NCBI GenBank assembly: GCA_038256525.1
Contig: JBBSKF010000003.1
Span: 2,516-66,515, forward strand
Source of the DNA: Mycobacteriales bacterium
GTDB lineage: Bacteria > Actinomycetota > Actinomycetes > Mycobacteriales > SCTD01
DNA length: 64,000 nucleotides
Direction of reading: 5' to 3'
Below the pieces are notes generated by a model. That model was given only the letters and a program-made list of their open reading frames with translations. It did no database searches and was not told the DNA's origin. Position 1 is the stretch's first letter; the number at the start of each line of letters is the position of its first letter. Below are positions 12,154 to 23,003 of the stretch, piece after piece. The position numbers and the translations under genes were made by a program.

Positions 12154-12369
12154 ATGAGCACCGCCACCTACACCGTGACCGGAATGACCTGCGGGCACTG
12201 CGTGTCCTCCGTGACCGAAGAGGTCTCCGCGCTGCCGGGCGTCACCGACGTCCAGGTCGAGCTCGAGTCCGGCCGGCTGACCGTCACCGGTGACGCCGCG
12301 CAGGACACGGCGGCCGTGCAGGGAGCCGTCGAAGAGGCCGGCTACGCGCTGAGTCCCACCACCAGCTAG
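12154..12369 (+). CDS. copZ: heavy-metal-associated copper chaperone
   Basis: MSTATYTVTGMTCGHCVSSVTEEV (MxCxxC HMA domain). AAGGAG RBS is present. Confidence 0.9.
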   Translation: MSTATYTVTGMTCGHCVSSVTEEVSALPGVTDVQVELESGRLTVTGDAAQDTAAVQGAVEEAGYALSPTTS

Positions 12370-12396
12370 CCCACACGCATCCCCCCAGGAGCAGTC

Positions 12397-13334
12397 ATGA
12401 ACACACCCACCCGCCTGGCCGCCTTCGCCGCCGGACTGGCCGTGGTCTTCGTCGGCGCCATCGGTGTCGGCAACGCGGTCGGTCCGGTCGGGACCGCCGC
12501 AGCCGATCCGCCCGGCGACGCCCACAGCTCCATGACCGAGGCCGGACCCGACGCGGGTCACGGCGGCGGACACGATGCCGACGGAACTCAGGCCGACCCG
12601 GAACCGCAGAAGCCCGTCAAGGGGCTGTCCGTGTCGACTGACGGCTACACCCTCCGGCTCGAGTCCTCGGTCGTTCCGGTGGGCACGCCGGCGCCCTTCG
12701 CCTTCACCATCACCGGCCCGGACGGACGAGCGGTCACTGACTTCACGCCCACCCACGACAAGGAGCTGCACCTGATCGTGGTGCGTCGGGACACGACCGG
12801 CTTCCAACACGTCCACCCCGCCCGTGACCCGGCCGGTCGGTGGACGGTGCCGCTGACCCTGGGCAGCGCTGGCGCGTACAAGATCTTCGCCGACTTCGCT
12901 CCCGAGGACCGGACCGACGCCCTGACTCTCGCGGCCGACATCGCCGCGGCCGGGACCTACGAGCCGCAGCCGCTGCCCACCGTGTCCCGGACGGCCACCG
13001 TCGAGGACTACACCGTCACCCTCGACGGTGACCTCGTGGCCGGCGAGGAGAGCAAGCTCACCCTGTCGGTGAGCAAGGGCGGCTCCCCGGTCACCGACCT
13101 GCAGCCCTACCTGGCGGCGTACGGGCACCTGGTCGCCCTGCGCGCCGGGGACCTCGCCTACCTACACGTGCACCCCGACGGCGAGCCAGGCGACGGACGC
13201 ACCGCAGCCGGCCCGGGAATCACCTTCTTCACCGACGTGCCCACCGCCGGCGACTACCGGCTCTACCTGGACTTCCAGCACGACGACGTCGTGCGCACAG
13301 CCGCATTCACCGCGACAGCGAGCGAGGAGAGGTC

Positions 13335-13338
<4 letters not shown>
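12397..13338 (+). CDS. secreted/membrane-anchored protein with two repeated His-motif beta-domains, putative extracytoplasmic copper-binding protein
   Basis: An N-terminal hydrophobic anchor is followed by a His/Asp-rich linker (HGGGHDADG). Two ~100-aa repeats then each carry an HVHP motif ([18 protein letters not shown]). The gene lies between copZ and copA. Confidence 0.55.
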
Positions 13339-15650
<2,312 letters not shown>

Positions 15651-15651
15651 G

Positions 15652-16911
15652 TCACGCGGCCGAGTTCTGCGACAGGCGGGCGTCGGCGAGCAGCACGACC
15701 AGGTGCTCCGCGTCAGCACCGACGCCGGAGAAGCGGGCCGAGCCCCACGTCCACTGCCACGGCAAGCCGAGAAAGCTCAGCCCGCGCTCGGACGTCACCC
15801 CGCGGGAGTGGACCGGCAGACCCCGCTCGTCGAAGACCGGCAGCTCGATCCAGCCGTAGTCGGCGCGAAAGCCGATGGCCCACAGCACACTCGTGATCCC
15901 GGATCCAGCGAGAACGAGGCGGGTCGGCTCCTGCTCCGGTTCCCAGACCGGCACGTATCGCGCCTCCTCCGGGGCGACCACGCCGTTCTCGGCGATGTAC
16001 TTGTCGATGCTGTCCTTGATTCCCTCCGAGACCTGGTCGGCGTAGTCGAGCCCCGCGCGCAGGTCCGCGCGGAACCGCAGCTCCCCCTCGACGTAGTCCT
16101 CGAGCAGCCCGTACAGCTGCATCCCGTCCCGGGCGAAGGCGCGCAGGTCGATGTCACGACCACCGTCCCGACCGGTGACGTAGTGATTGGCCCGGGCGGC
16201 CTCGCCGTCGTCGGTGCTCCGCTGGTCCGCGGTCGTGCGGTAGTAGCCGATGTCCTCGAGCCAGGCGACCACGTCACGCCCCCGGTAGCGCCGAGCCACC
16301 CGCGGGGCATCGCCCAGGCACAGGTGCACCCGACGCCCAGCCAGATGCAGGTCCTCCGCGATCTGCGCACCCGACTGGCCGCTACCGACGACGAGCACGT
16401 CACCCGGCGGCAGCTGCTCAGGGTTGCGGTAGTTCTGCGAATGCACCTGCGCCACCGACTCCGGCAGCCGTCCGGCGAACGGCGGCACGATGGGCACTTG
16501 GTAGCCACCGGTGGCCACGATGACGTGGTCGGCGCTGACGCGACCCAGGGACGTACGCAGCAGCAGCCGACCGCTGCCCTCGCGGGTCACCCGCTCGACG
16601 GTCACACCCTCGTGCAGCGGCGGGCCGAACGAGGCGGCGTACCCCTCCAGGTAGGCCACGATCTCGTCCTTCACCATGAACCCGTCCGGGTCGTCACCCG
16701 TGTACTGCCAGCCGGGCAGCCGGCACTGCCAGTTCGGCGTGACCAGGCAGAAGCTGTCCCAGCGCGCCGATCGCCACTGCGAGGCGACTCGGTCGCGCTC
16801 CAGCAGGAGGTGCTCGACCCCCCGTTGGGCCAGGTGCCAGCTGGCCGACAGCCCGGCCTGGCCCGCGCCGATGACGACCACGGGGACCTGCCGACCGTCG
16901 AGCGCGATCAC
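15652..16911 (-). CDS. flavin-dependent oxidoreductase (MSMEG_0569-type, Nit1C cluster)
   Basis: [29 protein letters not shown] plus a second dinucleotide motif [21 protein letters not shown] overlap with the nitrilase gene. Confidence 0.75.
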   Translation of the reverse strand: MIALDGRQVPVVVIGAGQAGLSASWHLAQRGVEHLLLERDRVASQWRSARWDSFCLVTPNWQCRLPGWQYTGDDPDGFMVKDEIVAYLEGYAASFGPPLHEGVTVERVTREGSGRLLLRTSLGRVSADHVIVATGGYQVPIVPPFAGRLPESVAQVHSQNYRNPEQLPPGDVLVVGSGQSGAQIAEDLHLAGRRVHLCLGDAPRVARRYRGRDVVAWLEDIGYYRTTADQRSTDDGEAARANHYVTGRDGGRDIDLRAFARDGMQLYGLLEDYVEGELRFRADLRAGLDYADQVSEGIKDSIDKYIAENGVVAPEEARYVPVWEPEQEPTRLVLAGSGITSVLWAIGFRADYGWIELPVFDERGLPVHSRGVTSERGLSFLGLPWQWTWGSARFSGVGADAEHLVVLLADARLSQNSAA

Positions 16912-17756
16912 CGGACCGCCTCAGCGACAGCCGGCTTCGGTGTGTAAGCATCCGGGCGGCGGTCGCGTAGATGGTGCATGCCGCGCCGCATCCGATGCAC
17001 CTGCGCGAGGTCGACATCGGCGACGGCGAGCCCCTCGGCGCAACCGGTGGTGGCCAGCACCTCCCCACCCGGGGAGACGACCTTCGCCCGGCCGAGCAGG
17101 GTCATCGAGCCGAAGCTGCCCCACTGGTTGGCCGAGGCGACGAACACCTGGTTCTCCGCGGCCCGCGCCTGGTCGTAGAGGTCGAACAGCCGCACCTGCC
17201 GGTCGTCCTCCATCACCGGCGCCCGGTTCGTCGCCGACAGCGGCCAGCAGGACAGCACCGCCACGAGCTCGGCGCCGTCCATCGCAAGTGCCCGGGCCGA
17301 CTCGGGAAAGGCCTTGTCGTAACAGATGAGCATGCCCAGCCGGCCGACCGGGGTGTCGAAGGCGGCGAAGCAGTCGCCCGCGGAGTATCCGGCATCCTCG
17401 CGCAGCGGCTGGTGCACTTTGCGGTGCTCGCCGTGCACCCCGTCACCGGACAGGCAGATCGCCGTGTTGTAGGTCCGGCCGTCGGCGCCGGCCTCGGCGA
17501 GGCCAAGGCAGACGACCAGCGGCCCCGCGACGGTGCAGAGCCGGTGCACCGCCGGCCCGTCCAGGTCGAAGGCCGGCGGCAACCCACCGTCGAGGGCGGA
17601 GTCGTCGAGGCTGCCGAGATATCCCCCGAGCGCCGCCTCGGGCAGCACGAGCAGGTCCGCGCCCGCCGCGCGCGCCGCACGGCACAGCCGGTCGATCGTC
17701 GTGAAGCACGTCTCGAGGTCTCGCCCGAACGCCGCCGAGGCGGCCGCGACCCTCAT
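16908..17756 (-). CDS. carbon-nitrogen hydrolase / nitrilase (Nit1C-type)
   Basis: [19 protein letters not shown] (Glu), HRKVH (Lys), [10 protein letters not shown] (Cys) form the catalytic triad. ATGA overlap with the upstream gene. Confidence 0.85.
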   Translation of the reverse strand: MRVAAASAAFGRDLETCFTTIDRLCRAARAAGADLLVLPEAALGGYLGSLDDSALDGGLPPAFDLDGPAVHRLCTVAGPLVVCLGLAEAGADGRTYNTAICLSGDGVHGEHRKVHQPLREDAGYSAGDCFAAFDTPVGRLGMLICYDKAFPESARALAMDGAELVAVLSCWPLSATNRAPVMEDDRQVRLFDLYDQARAAENQVFVASANQWGSFGSMTLLGRAKVVSPGGEVLATTGCAEGLAVADVDLAQVHRMRRGMHHLRDRRPDAYTPKPAVAEAVR

Positions 17757-19102
17757 GCCCGCCCCAGCCCCGTGACGGCTCCGGCGATCGCCTCGGTGAG
17801 CTCGCCGTCCGGCCAACGCAGGCGTACGCCCTTACCCTCGACCAGCCGGCCGCACACGGCGGAGCTGGCCGGACCTGCCGGCGGCAGTTCACGTCCCGGC
17901 CGGTCACTGGTCAGCATCGCGAACCCGGGGAAGCAGGTGAGCCAGTCGCCGACGGAGGCGGCGGCCGGCCGCGGGACCGCGGCCACCTCGAGCTCGGCGG
18001 CGCAGCCGCTCGCCTCGGCCAGCATGCCCAGGGTGCCGACGATCCCGGCCATGGACACGTCCTTTGCGCCGTACGGCCGGGCCCGCCCGACGAGGCTGGT
18101 CAGCTGCGCGATCTCCACCCGAGTGCGTCGCGAGCTGGAGTCCCACTGACCGCGGTGGCCGGCCCGCCAGTCGCCACCGAGGTCGGCAGTGAGGGTGACG
18201 TCCTGACCGGGACGGCCGCAGCCCGGAACGGGTGTCGTGGTCGCGCCGAGCGCGGTCACCGACAACGACGACGCCACGCCGAGCGAGGTGTGGCCGCCAA
18301 GGAGCGGCAGAGCGAACGCCGCTGAGCCAGCCCGCAGGCCGGCGAGCACACGGGCGGCGTGCGCTGCGTTGGGTGCGCCGAGCGCGTCGAGTGCACCCAC
18401 CGGCGCCGCCCCCATCGCCGCCAGGTCGTTGGCCCCGACCAGCACGCCGCACCAGCCGGCCCATTCGGGGTCGCGCTCCACCATCGACGGCAGGATGGCG
18501 TCGACGCTTGCGAGCACCGACGAGCCCGGGACCGGCGCTGCGTCGTCCCCGACGAAACCCGGGCCGCCCGGCGAGAGTCCGGCCAACAGGCTGCCGAGTC
18601 CGGCCTTGGTCGCGCCGACCAGGGCCGCCAGCCGGCCGACCGGCCAGCGCATCAGGACGTGTCGGACGCCGGCGACCTCGACGTTGCGCAGGGGGTCCCA
18701 GCCCCATCGGGCGAAAAGCGCTGCGTTGGCTGGCAGCACGGTTGCCTCGAAGCGCAGTGCCCCTCGGCGCTCGGCCTCCGCGCAGGCGGCATCGGCGAGC
18801 GCCCGGCCGGCACCGGTGGCGCCCCGCACGTCCGGCGCGACAACGAGCCGGCCGCCGTGCCACCAGCCGGGTCCGACCTCGTACAGCCGGACTCCCCCGA
18901 CGACGCGATCATGGAGCCGGGCCACCAGCTCTACGGCGTGGTCGTCGTGCTCGTCGCGGTCGGAGCCGGAGAACAGGCCCAACTCGTCGACGAACGCCTG
19001 CCGACGGAGCCGGGAATAGGCGAGCTGCTCCCGCCGGTCCGGTAGCCCGACCAGAAGGCCGTGCCGGGTCGGGGCGAGCGTCTCGCACAGCTGCACACTC
19101 AT
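17753..19102 (-). CDS. GNAT N-acetyltransferase fused to an AIR-synthase-related (PurM-like) domain
   Basis: The N-terminal ~170 aa is GNAT-like (RLRRQAFVDELGLF..VGGVRLY..VAPDVRGATGAGRALA). The C-terminal ~280 aa is PurM/AIRS-like (ANDLAAMGAAPVGALDAL..GGHTS..AKDVSMAGIVGTLGML). ATGA overlap with the radical SAM gene. Confidence 0.7.
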   Translation of the reverse strand: MSVQLCETLAPTRHGLLVGLPDRREQLAYSRLRRQAFVDELGLFSGSDRDEHDDHAVELVARLHDRVVGGVRLYEVGPGWWHGGRLVVAPDVRGATGAGRALADAACAEAERRGALRFEATVLPANAALFARWGWDPLRNVEVAGVRHVLMRWPVGRLAALVGATKAGLGSLLAGLSPGGPGFVGDDAAPVPGSSVLASVDAILPSMVERDPEWAGWCGVLVGANDLAAMGAAPVGALDALGAPNAAHAARVLAGLRAGSAAFALPLLGGHTSLGVASSLSVTALGATTTPVPGCGRPGQDVTLTADLGGDWRAGHRGQWDSSSRRTRVEIAQLTSLVGRARPYGAKDVSMAGIVGTLGMLAEASGCAAELEVAAVPRPAAASVGDWLTCFPGFAMLTSDRPGRELPPAGPASSAVCGRLVEGKGVRLRWPDGELTEAIAGAVTGLGRA

Positions 19103-20163
19103 GCGCCGGCCGCCTGCAGCAGACCGCACGCCCCGCAGGCCGCACAACCGGCCCCCTGGTCGACGCCGCGCATCTCAGCCTTCACGAGCAGCTCGGCGAC
19201 CCGGCGGGTGATACCGGTGACATAGGCGGCGTCCGGTGCCGGGACGTCCGCCGCAAGCGTGCCGTCCATCGGGCGGAAGGGGACGACGAAGGGGTAGACA
19301 CCCATCGCCACGAGCCGGCCGCAGGCTGCCACGGTCTCGTCCGGGTCCTCCCCGAGACCGAGCAGGACGTACGTCGAGACGCGGTTGCGCCCGAAGACCC
19401 GCACCGCCTCGTACCAGGCCTGCTCGTAGCGCTCGATCGACACCTCGGCCTTGCCCGGGGTCCAGCGCCGGCGTACCGCCTCATCGAGGGACTCGATGTG
19501 GATGCCGATTGCCGTGGCCCCCGCGTCATGAAGCCGGCGCAACCAGGCGAGGTCTGCCGGCGGCTCGACCTGCACCTGCACCGGCAGAGCCGGCAGGGCG
19601 TCGTGCAGCGCCGTCACGACGCGGACCAGATGCGCGGCGCCGCGATCGGAGCCGGGCGTCGTACCGGTGGTGAGCACGACCTGCTCGACCCCGTCCAGAG
19701 CCACGGCAGCGCGCGCCACCTCGACCAGCTGTTCCGGCGACTTGACCGCCGGCGTACGGCCCCCGTCGAGCGACTGCTCGATCGCGCAGAACCGGCAACG
19801 GGTCTGCTCGAGCGTGTAGCGGGTGCACGTCTGGATGACCGTGCTGGCGAGCACGGACGTGCCGTGCAGCCGGGCCACCGCCGGGTAGGGCGTCCCGTCC
19901 TCGAAGCACATGTCGTAGAACGTCGGCCGCTCGACCGGCTCCACCTCGAGGTCGAGCAGGAGTCCACCGGGACCGGTGAGCCGACCCTCGACCAGGGCGA
20001 ACGGCGAGTGCGGCGACATGGGCAGCGCGGTGGCGAGACCGCCGAGCCGCAGGTGGCCGTCATCAGACGGTCCAGCCCCACCCGCGCGCCGAACCGGCAT
20101 CTCGACAGACACCGTCCGGACACCGCGGGTGGCAAGCTGGGCCCTCAACTCGAGGGCGTCCAT
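19099..20163 (-). CDS. radical SAM protein (MSMEG_0568-type)
   Basis: TIM-barrel-like radical SAM core with cluster motif CTRYTLEQTRCRFC (Cx9Cx2C), VVLTTGTTPG, and a C-terminal CAACGAC. Confidence 0.75.
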   Translation of the reverse strand: MDALELRAQLATRGVRTVSVEMPVRRAGGAGPSDDGHLRLGGLATALPMSPHSPFALVEGRLTGPGGLLLDLEVEPVERPTFYDMCFEDGTPYPAVARLHGTSVLASTVIQTCTRYTLEQTRCRFCAIEQSLDGGRTPAVKSPEQLVEVARAAVALDGVEQVVLTTGTTPGSDRGAAHLVRVVTALHDALPALPVQVQVEPPADLAWLRRLHDAGATAIGIHIESLDEAVRRRWTPGKAEVSIERYEQAWYEAVRVFGRNRVSTYVLLGLGEDPDETVAACGRLVAMGVYPFVVPFRPMDGTLAADVPAPDAAYVTGITRRVAELLVKAEMRGVDQGAGCAACGACGLLQAAGA

Positions 20164-20691
20164 TCAGAACATGTACGTGCTGTTGACGATGGCGCCCTTG
20201 CGGGCGTAGTGGATGAGCGCGTCCTGGACGTCCAGCGGGTGGGTCGGGATGACGCCCTCGATGAGGTCTTCCTCGCGGGCTCCGTGCAGCGACAAGCCGA
20301 ACCGGCAGCAGTAGACCTTGCCGCCTTCCTTGATGAACGTCGCGAGCGAGTCGTTGATGTTCAGCTCGCCGGGGAAGGCGGCGCTCCCGGTCGTCGGGAA
20401 ACCCCGCGTTGCAAGGCAGTTCAGCGACCCGGGCCCATAGAAGTAGATGGCGGACTCGAAGCCCTTGCGCATCGCGCGGGTCGCCTGCAGGATCGCCACG
20501 AAGCTCACCGAGCTCTCGTGCGCGATGCCGTGCACGAGCGTGAAGTAGCTCTCCCCCTTCTCCGCCTGGTAGTCCGGAAACACCTTCGTCTCGCCGTACA
20601 ACGTCGAGCCGGCGGGCAGCGACGGGTGGGCGATCTCGTTCAGCGAAGTGCTCTCGGTCTCGGTCAGGACGCGCTCGGGGGCCATGGTCAT
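20164..20691 (-). CDS. conserved Nit1C-cluster protein (Sll0783/MSMEG_0572-like, DsrE-like fold suspected)
   Basis: 175 aa, MTMAPERVLTETEST..YFYGPGSLNCLATRGFP..KVYCCRFGLSLHG. AAGGAG lies 9 nt upstream of the ATG at 20691. It directly abuts the radical SAM start codon. Confidence 0.6.
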   Translation of the reverse strand: MTMAPERVLTETESTSLNEIAHPSLPAGSTLYGETKVFPDYQAEKGESYFTLVHGIAHESSVSFVAILQATRAMRKGFESAIYFYGPGSLNCLATRGFPTTGSAAFPGELNINDSLATFIKEGGKVYCCRFGLSLHGAREEDLIEGVIPTHPLDVQDALIHYARKGAIVNSTYMF

Positions 20692-20704
20692 GGGCTGGTT
20701 CTCC

Positions 20705-21547
20705 TTAGATGGGTGCGGGCGTGGTGGGGGTGTCGTAAAGGTCGCAAAAGGTGCGTCGGAAGGCGCGGTCGCCGAGCTCTCCATCGCCGAATGCCGCTGC
20801 GAGCCGGGCAGTCTCGCCGGGAGTGTCGCCCCACGGCTCGTCACTGGCGAACAGCACGCGGTCGTGCCCGATGCCGCGCTGCTCGATCTGGGCAGCGAGC
20901 CACCGCGGCGCGAAGCCGATGGCCCAGGACAGGTCGGTGTAGACGCGCTTGCCGGCCTCGACCCAGTCGAGGAAGCGCCCGCCGCCCAGCTTGATGTGGC
21001 CGCTGGCTCCGCCGCCGAAGTGCACCAGGTGGATCGCGACGTCGTCGCCGTAGTCCTGCACGAGGGTGCCGATGCGGTCGATGTCGCTGGGTCCGCCGGG
21101 CGAGGTGTGCACGTGGACGACCAGGGCGTGCTCGCGGGCGGTGGCAAAGATGCGCTCCAGCCCGGGTCGGCAGTCCGGGTCATCCGGGGCGCCGCCGAGC
21201 AGGAAGGAGAGCTTGAGGGCCCGCACGCCGGTCTCCCCTGCCAGCGCCAGTGCCTGCTCGGTGAGCAACGAGTCGCTCGGCAACGGCGAGGTCCACAGGG
21301 CGCCCAGCACCCGGTCGTCCTTCTGGCAGGCTTCGAGCACCAGCTCGTTGAAGCCGAACGACAGAGCCGGATCCGGCACCCCGTAGTTGGGTAGGACCAA
21401 CGCGCGCTCCACGTCGTCGCGGTCCAGCTGGTCCAGCAGCTCGGCCACCGTGCCGGGTGCCCCCGGGGCTGGGTCGACCGGCGGTCCCCCGTAGAACGGG
21501 AACGCAGGCAGCCGCCCGAGGTGGCGGTGCGCGTCGAAGACCGGCAT
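20705..21547 (-). CDS. amidohydrolase-2 family (TIM-barrel metal-dependent hydrolase)
   Basis: MPVFDAHRHLG..VHVHTSPGG..HLVHFGGG..FASDEPWG (HxH...H...D metal ligand pattern). Confidence 0.7.
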   Translation of the reverse strand: MPVFDAHRHLGRLPAFPFYGGPPVDPAPGAPGTVAELLDQLDRDDVERALVLPNYGVPDPALSFGFNELVLEACQKDDRVLGALWTSPLPSDSLLTEQALALAGETGVRALKLSFLLGGAPDDPDCRPGLERIFATAREHALVVHVHTSPGGPSDIDRIGTLVQDYGDDVAIHLVHFGGGASGHIKLGGGRFLDWVEAGKRVYTDLSWAIGFAPRWLAAQIEQRGIGHDRVLFASDEPWGDTPGETARLAAAFGDGELGDRAFRRTFCDLYDTPTTPAPI

Positions 21548-21581
21548 GAGTTGACCTTGCCCGCTGTGGATTCCGTTCTCG

Positions 21582-22673
21582 TTACCTGTGCGTGACCCTT
21601 TCGTTGCCACGTGTTGCCACGATGTTTCGGTAGACCGCGAGGTGCGCCACGGCAGCCCGCTCCCACGTGAGGGAGCGAGCCAACACCCGCCCCGGCTCGG
21701 GGTTGAGCGGCGGCGCGGACAGTGCAGCGGCGAGCGACGGCGGGTCCACCCCGTAGCGGACGGTGTCGCCGAAGACCTCACGGAACACCGGCAGGTCCCG
21801 CAGCACGACGGGAACGCCGGCCGCCAGCGCCTCCAGCGCCGCGAGGCCGAAGCCCTCCTTCACACTCGGCAGGGCGAAGACGTCGGCGCAGGCCACCAGC
21901 GGCGGCACCTCGTCCTGGCCCAGTGGCCCGAGGATCCGCACGTCGACCCCCAGCTCGGCCACGCGGGCGTCTACCTCGGCGCGGTAGGTGCGGTGGTCGA
22001 ACAACGACTCGCCGCCGCCGACAGCCAGCCGGGCGCCGGGCCTGAGCAGCGCGAGCGCCTCGATCAGGTCGCGGCTGCCCTTGCGCGGCTCGATCCCCCC
22101 GACGGTCACGACGAGCGGGTCGCCGCCCAACCGCTCCCGCCAGCGCCGTCTCAGCTGGGGGTCGACCGTGGCGAAGCGTTCGGCGTCTACGCCGTTGGCG
22201 ACCACCGTCGCGGTGCGCCCCCGGGTGGTGCGCACCTCCTCGGCCACCTGCCTCGAGACGCAGATGAGCACCGGTGGTTCGAGCACGGCCCGCTCGTGGC
22301 AACGCACGAGCGCCGGGGTCGTGAAGCTGTCGAGATGATGCACGGTGCGCAGACAACGCGCCTCGACAGCATTGGCCGCGATGCAGTCCTGGGCATGCAC
22401 GATGTCGTACGCGCGAATGTCGACAGCCGCACCCAGCACGGAGATGGAGCGCCGCACCTTGGCGTCGAGCGACTCCTGCGCCCGGTCCGGCAGTGGGGTG
22501 ACAACAGCGCTCACCCGGGGGTCGAGCGGCCGGAAGAAGGTGCTGTCGCCTGAACGGCCGAGGGCGTGCACGGTGACGTGCTGCCCCAGGTCCGCGAGGG
22601 CCTCGGCCAGTGAGAGCGTGTGCACGACGCTGCCCCGGGGCCGGGTGGAGTAGGTGAGCAGGGCGATGCGCAC
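21582..22673 (-). CDS. GT4-family glycosyltransferase (MSMEG_0565-type)
   Basis: VRIALLTYSTRPRGSVVHTLSLAEAL..PSVKEGFGLAALEALAAG (E-x7-E region). It is the first gene of the minus-strand operon. An alternative GTG start is at 22688. Confidence 0.8.
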   Translation of the reverse strand: MRIALLTYSTRPRGSVVHTLSLAEALADLGQHVTVHALGRSGDSTFFRPLDPRVSAVVTPLPDRAQESLDAKVRRSISVLGAAVDIRAYDIVHAQDCIAANAVEARCLRTVHHLDSFTTPALVRCHERAVLEPPVLICVSRQVAEEVRTTRGRTATVVANGVDAERFATVDPQLRRRWRERLGGDPLVVTVGGIEPRKGSRDLIEALALLRPGARLAVGGGESLFDHRTYRAEVDARVAELGVDVRILGPLGQDEVPPLVACADVFALPSVKEGFGLAALEALAAGVPVVLRDLPVFREVFGDTVRYGVDPPSLAAALSAPPLNPEPGRVLARSLTWERAAVAHLAVYRNIVATRGNERVTHR

Positions 22674-22723
22674 CCCGCACCGTTGCACCGCGATGTTTCG
22701 CCGCGGTAACTAGCCTGCATGGC

Positions 22724-22993
22724 GTGACCACCCCCGAGAGCCGGGCCGCCACCGCTGCGGCGATCGGGGCGTTGACCGACTTCCTGACCGAGACCGAGGC
22801 CGGCTCGCCGCGACCGGTGGGCGCCTACCTGCAGCAGCTGGTCGACGAGGACGGGGTCGGTGCGCTGGCGCAGGGCTACTACGGGCTGCTCAACCTGTCC
22901 GCACTGCTGCTGCCCATGGCGGCGGAGCAGGAGGAGCTCGCGCCTCGCGAGCTGCTGCGGCAGATCGCGCTGATCGTCGCTCGCGACTCCTGA
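22724..22993 (+). CDS. hypothetical protein (89 aa)
   Basis: High GC3 codon usage and no recognisable motif. It is divergent from the Nit1C-like operon. Confidence 0.4.
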   Translation: MTTPESRAATAAAIGALTDFLTETEAGSPRPVGAYLQQLVDEDGVGALAQGYYGLLNLSALLLPMAAEQEELAPRELLRQIALIVARDS

Positions 22994-23003
22994 GCGGGCT
23001 CGG

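Noticed and set aside
18232-20994. 920-aa plus-strand ORF
   Set aside because: It is antisense to four well-supported Nit1C-cluster genes. Its product is extremely Arg/Pro/Ala-rich with no motifs.
22724-22993. Idea that the 89-aa divergent ORF is the missing MSMEG_0570-type small protein of the Nit1C cluster
   Set aside because: I cannot recall the family sequence well enough to support it, so the ORF is kept only as a hypothetical protein.
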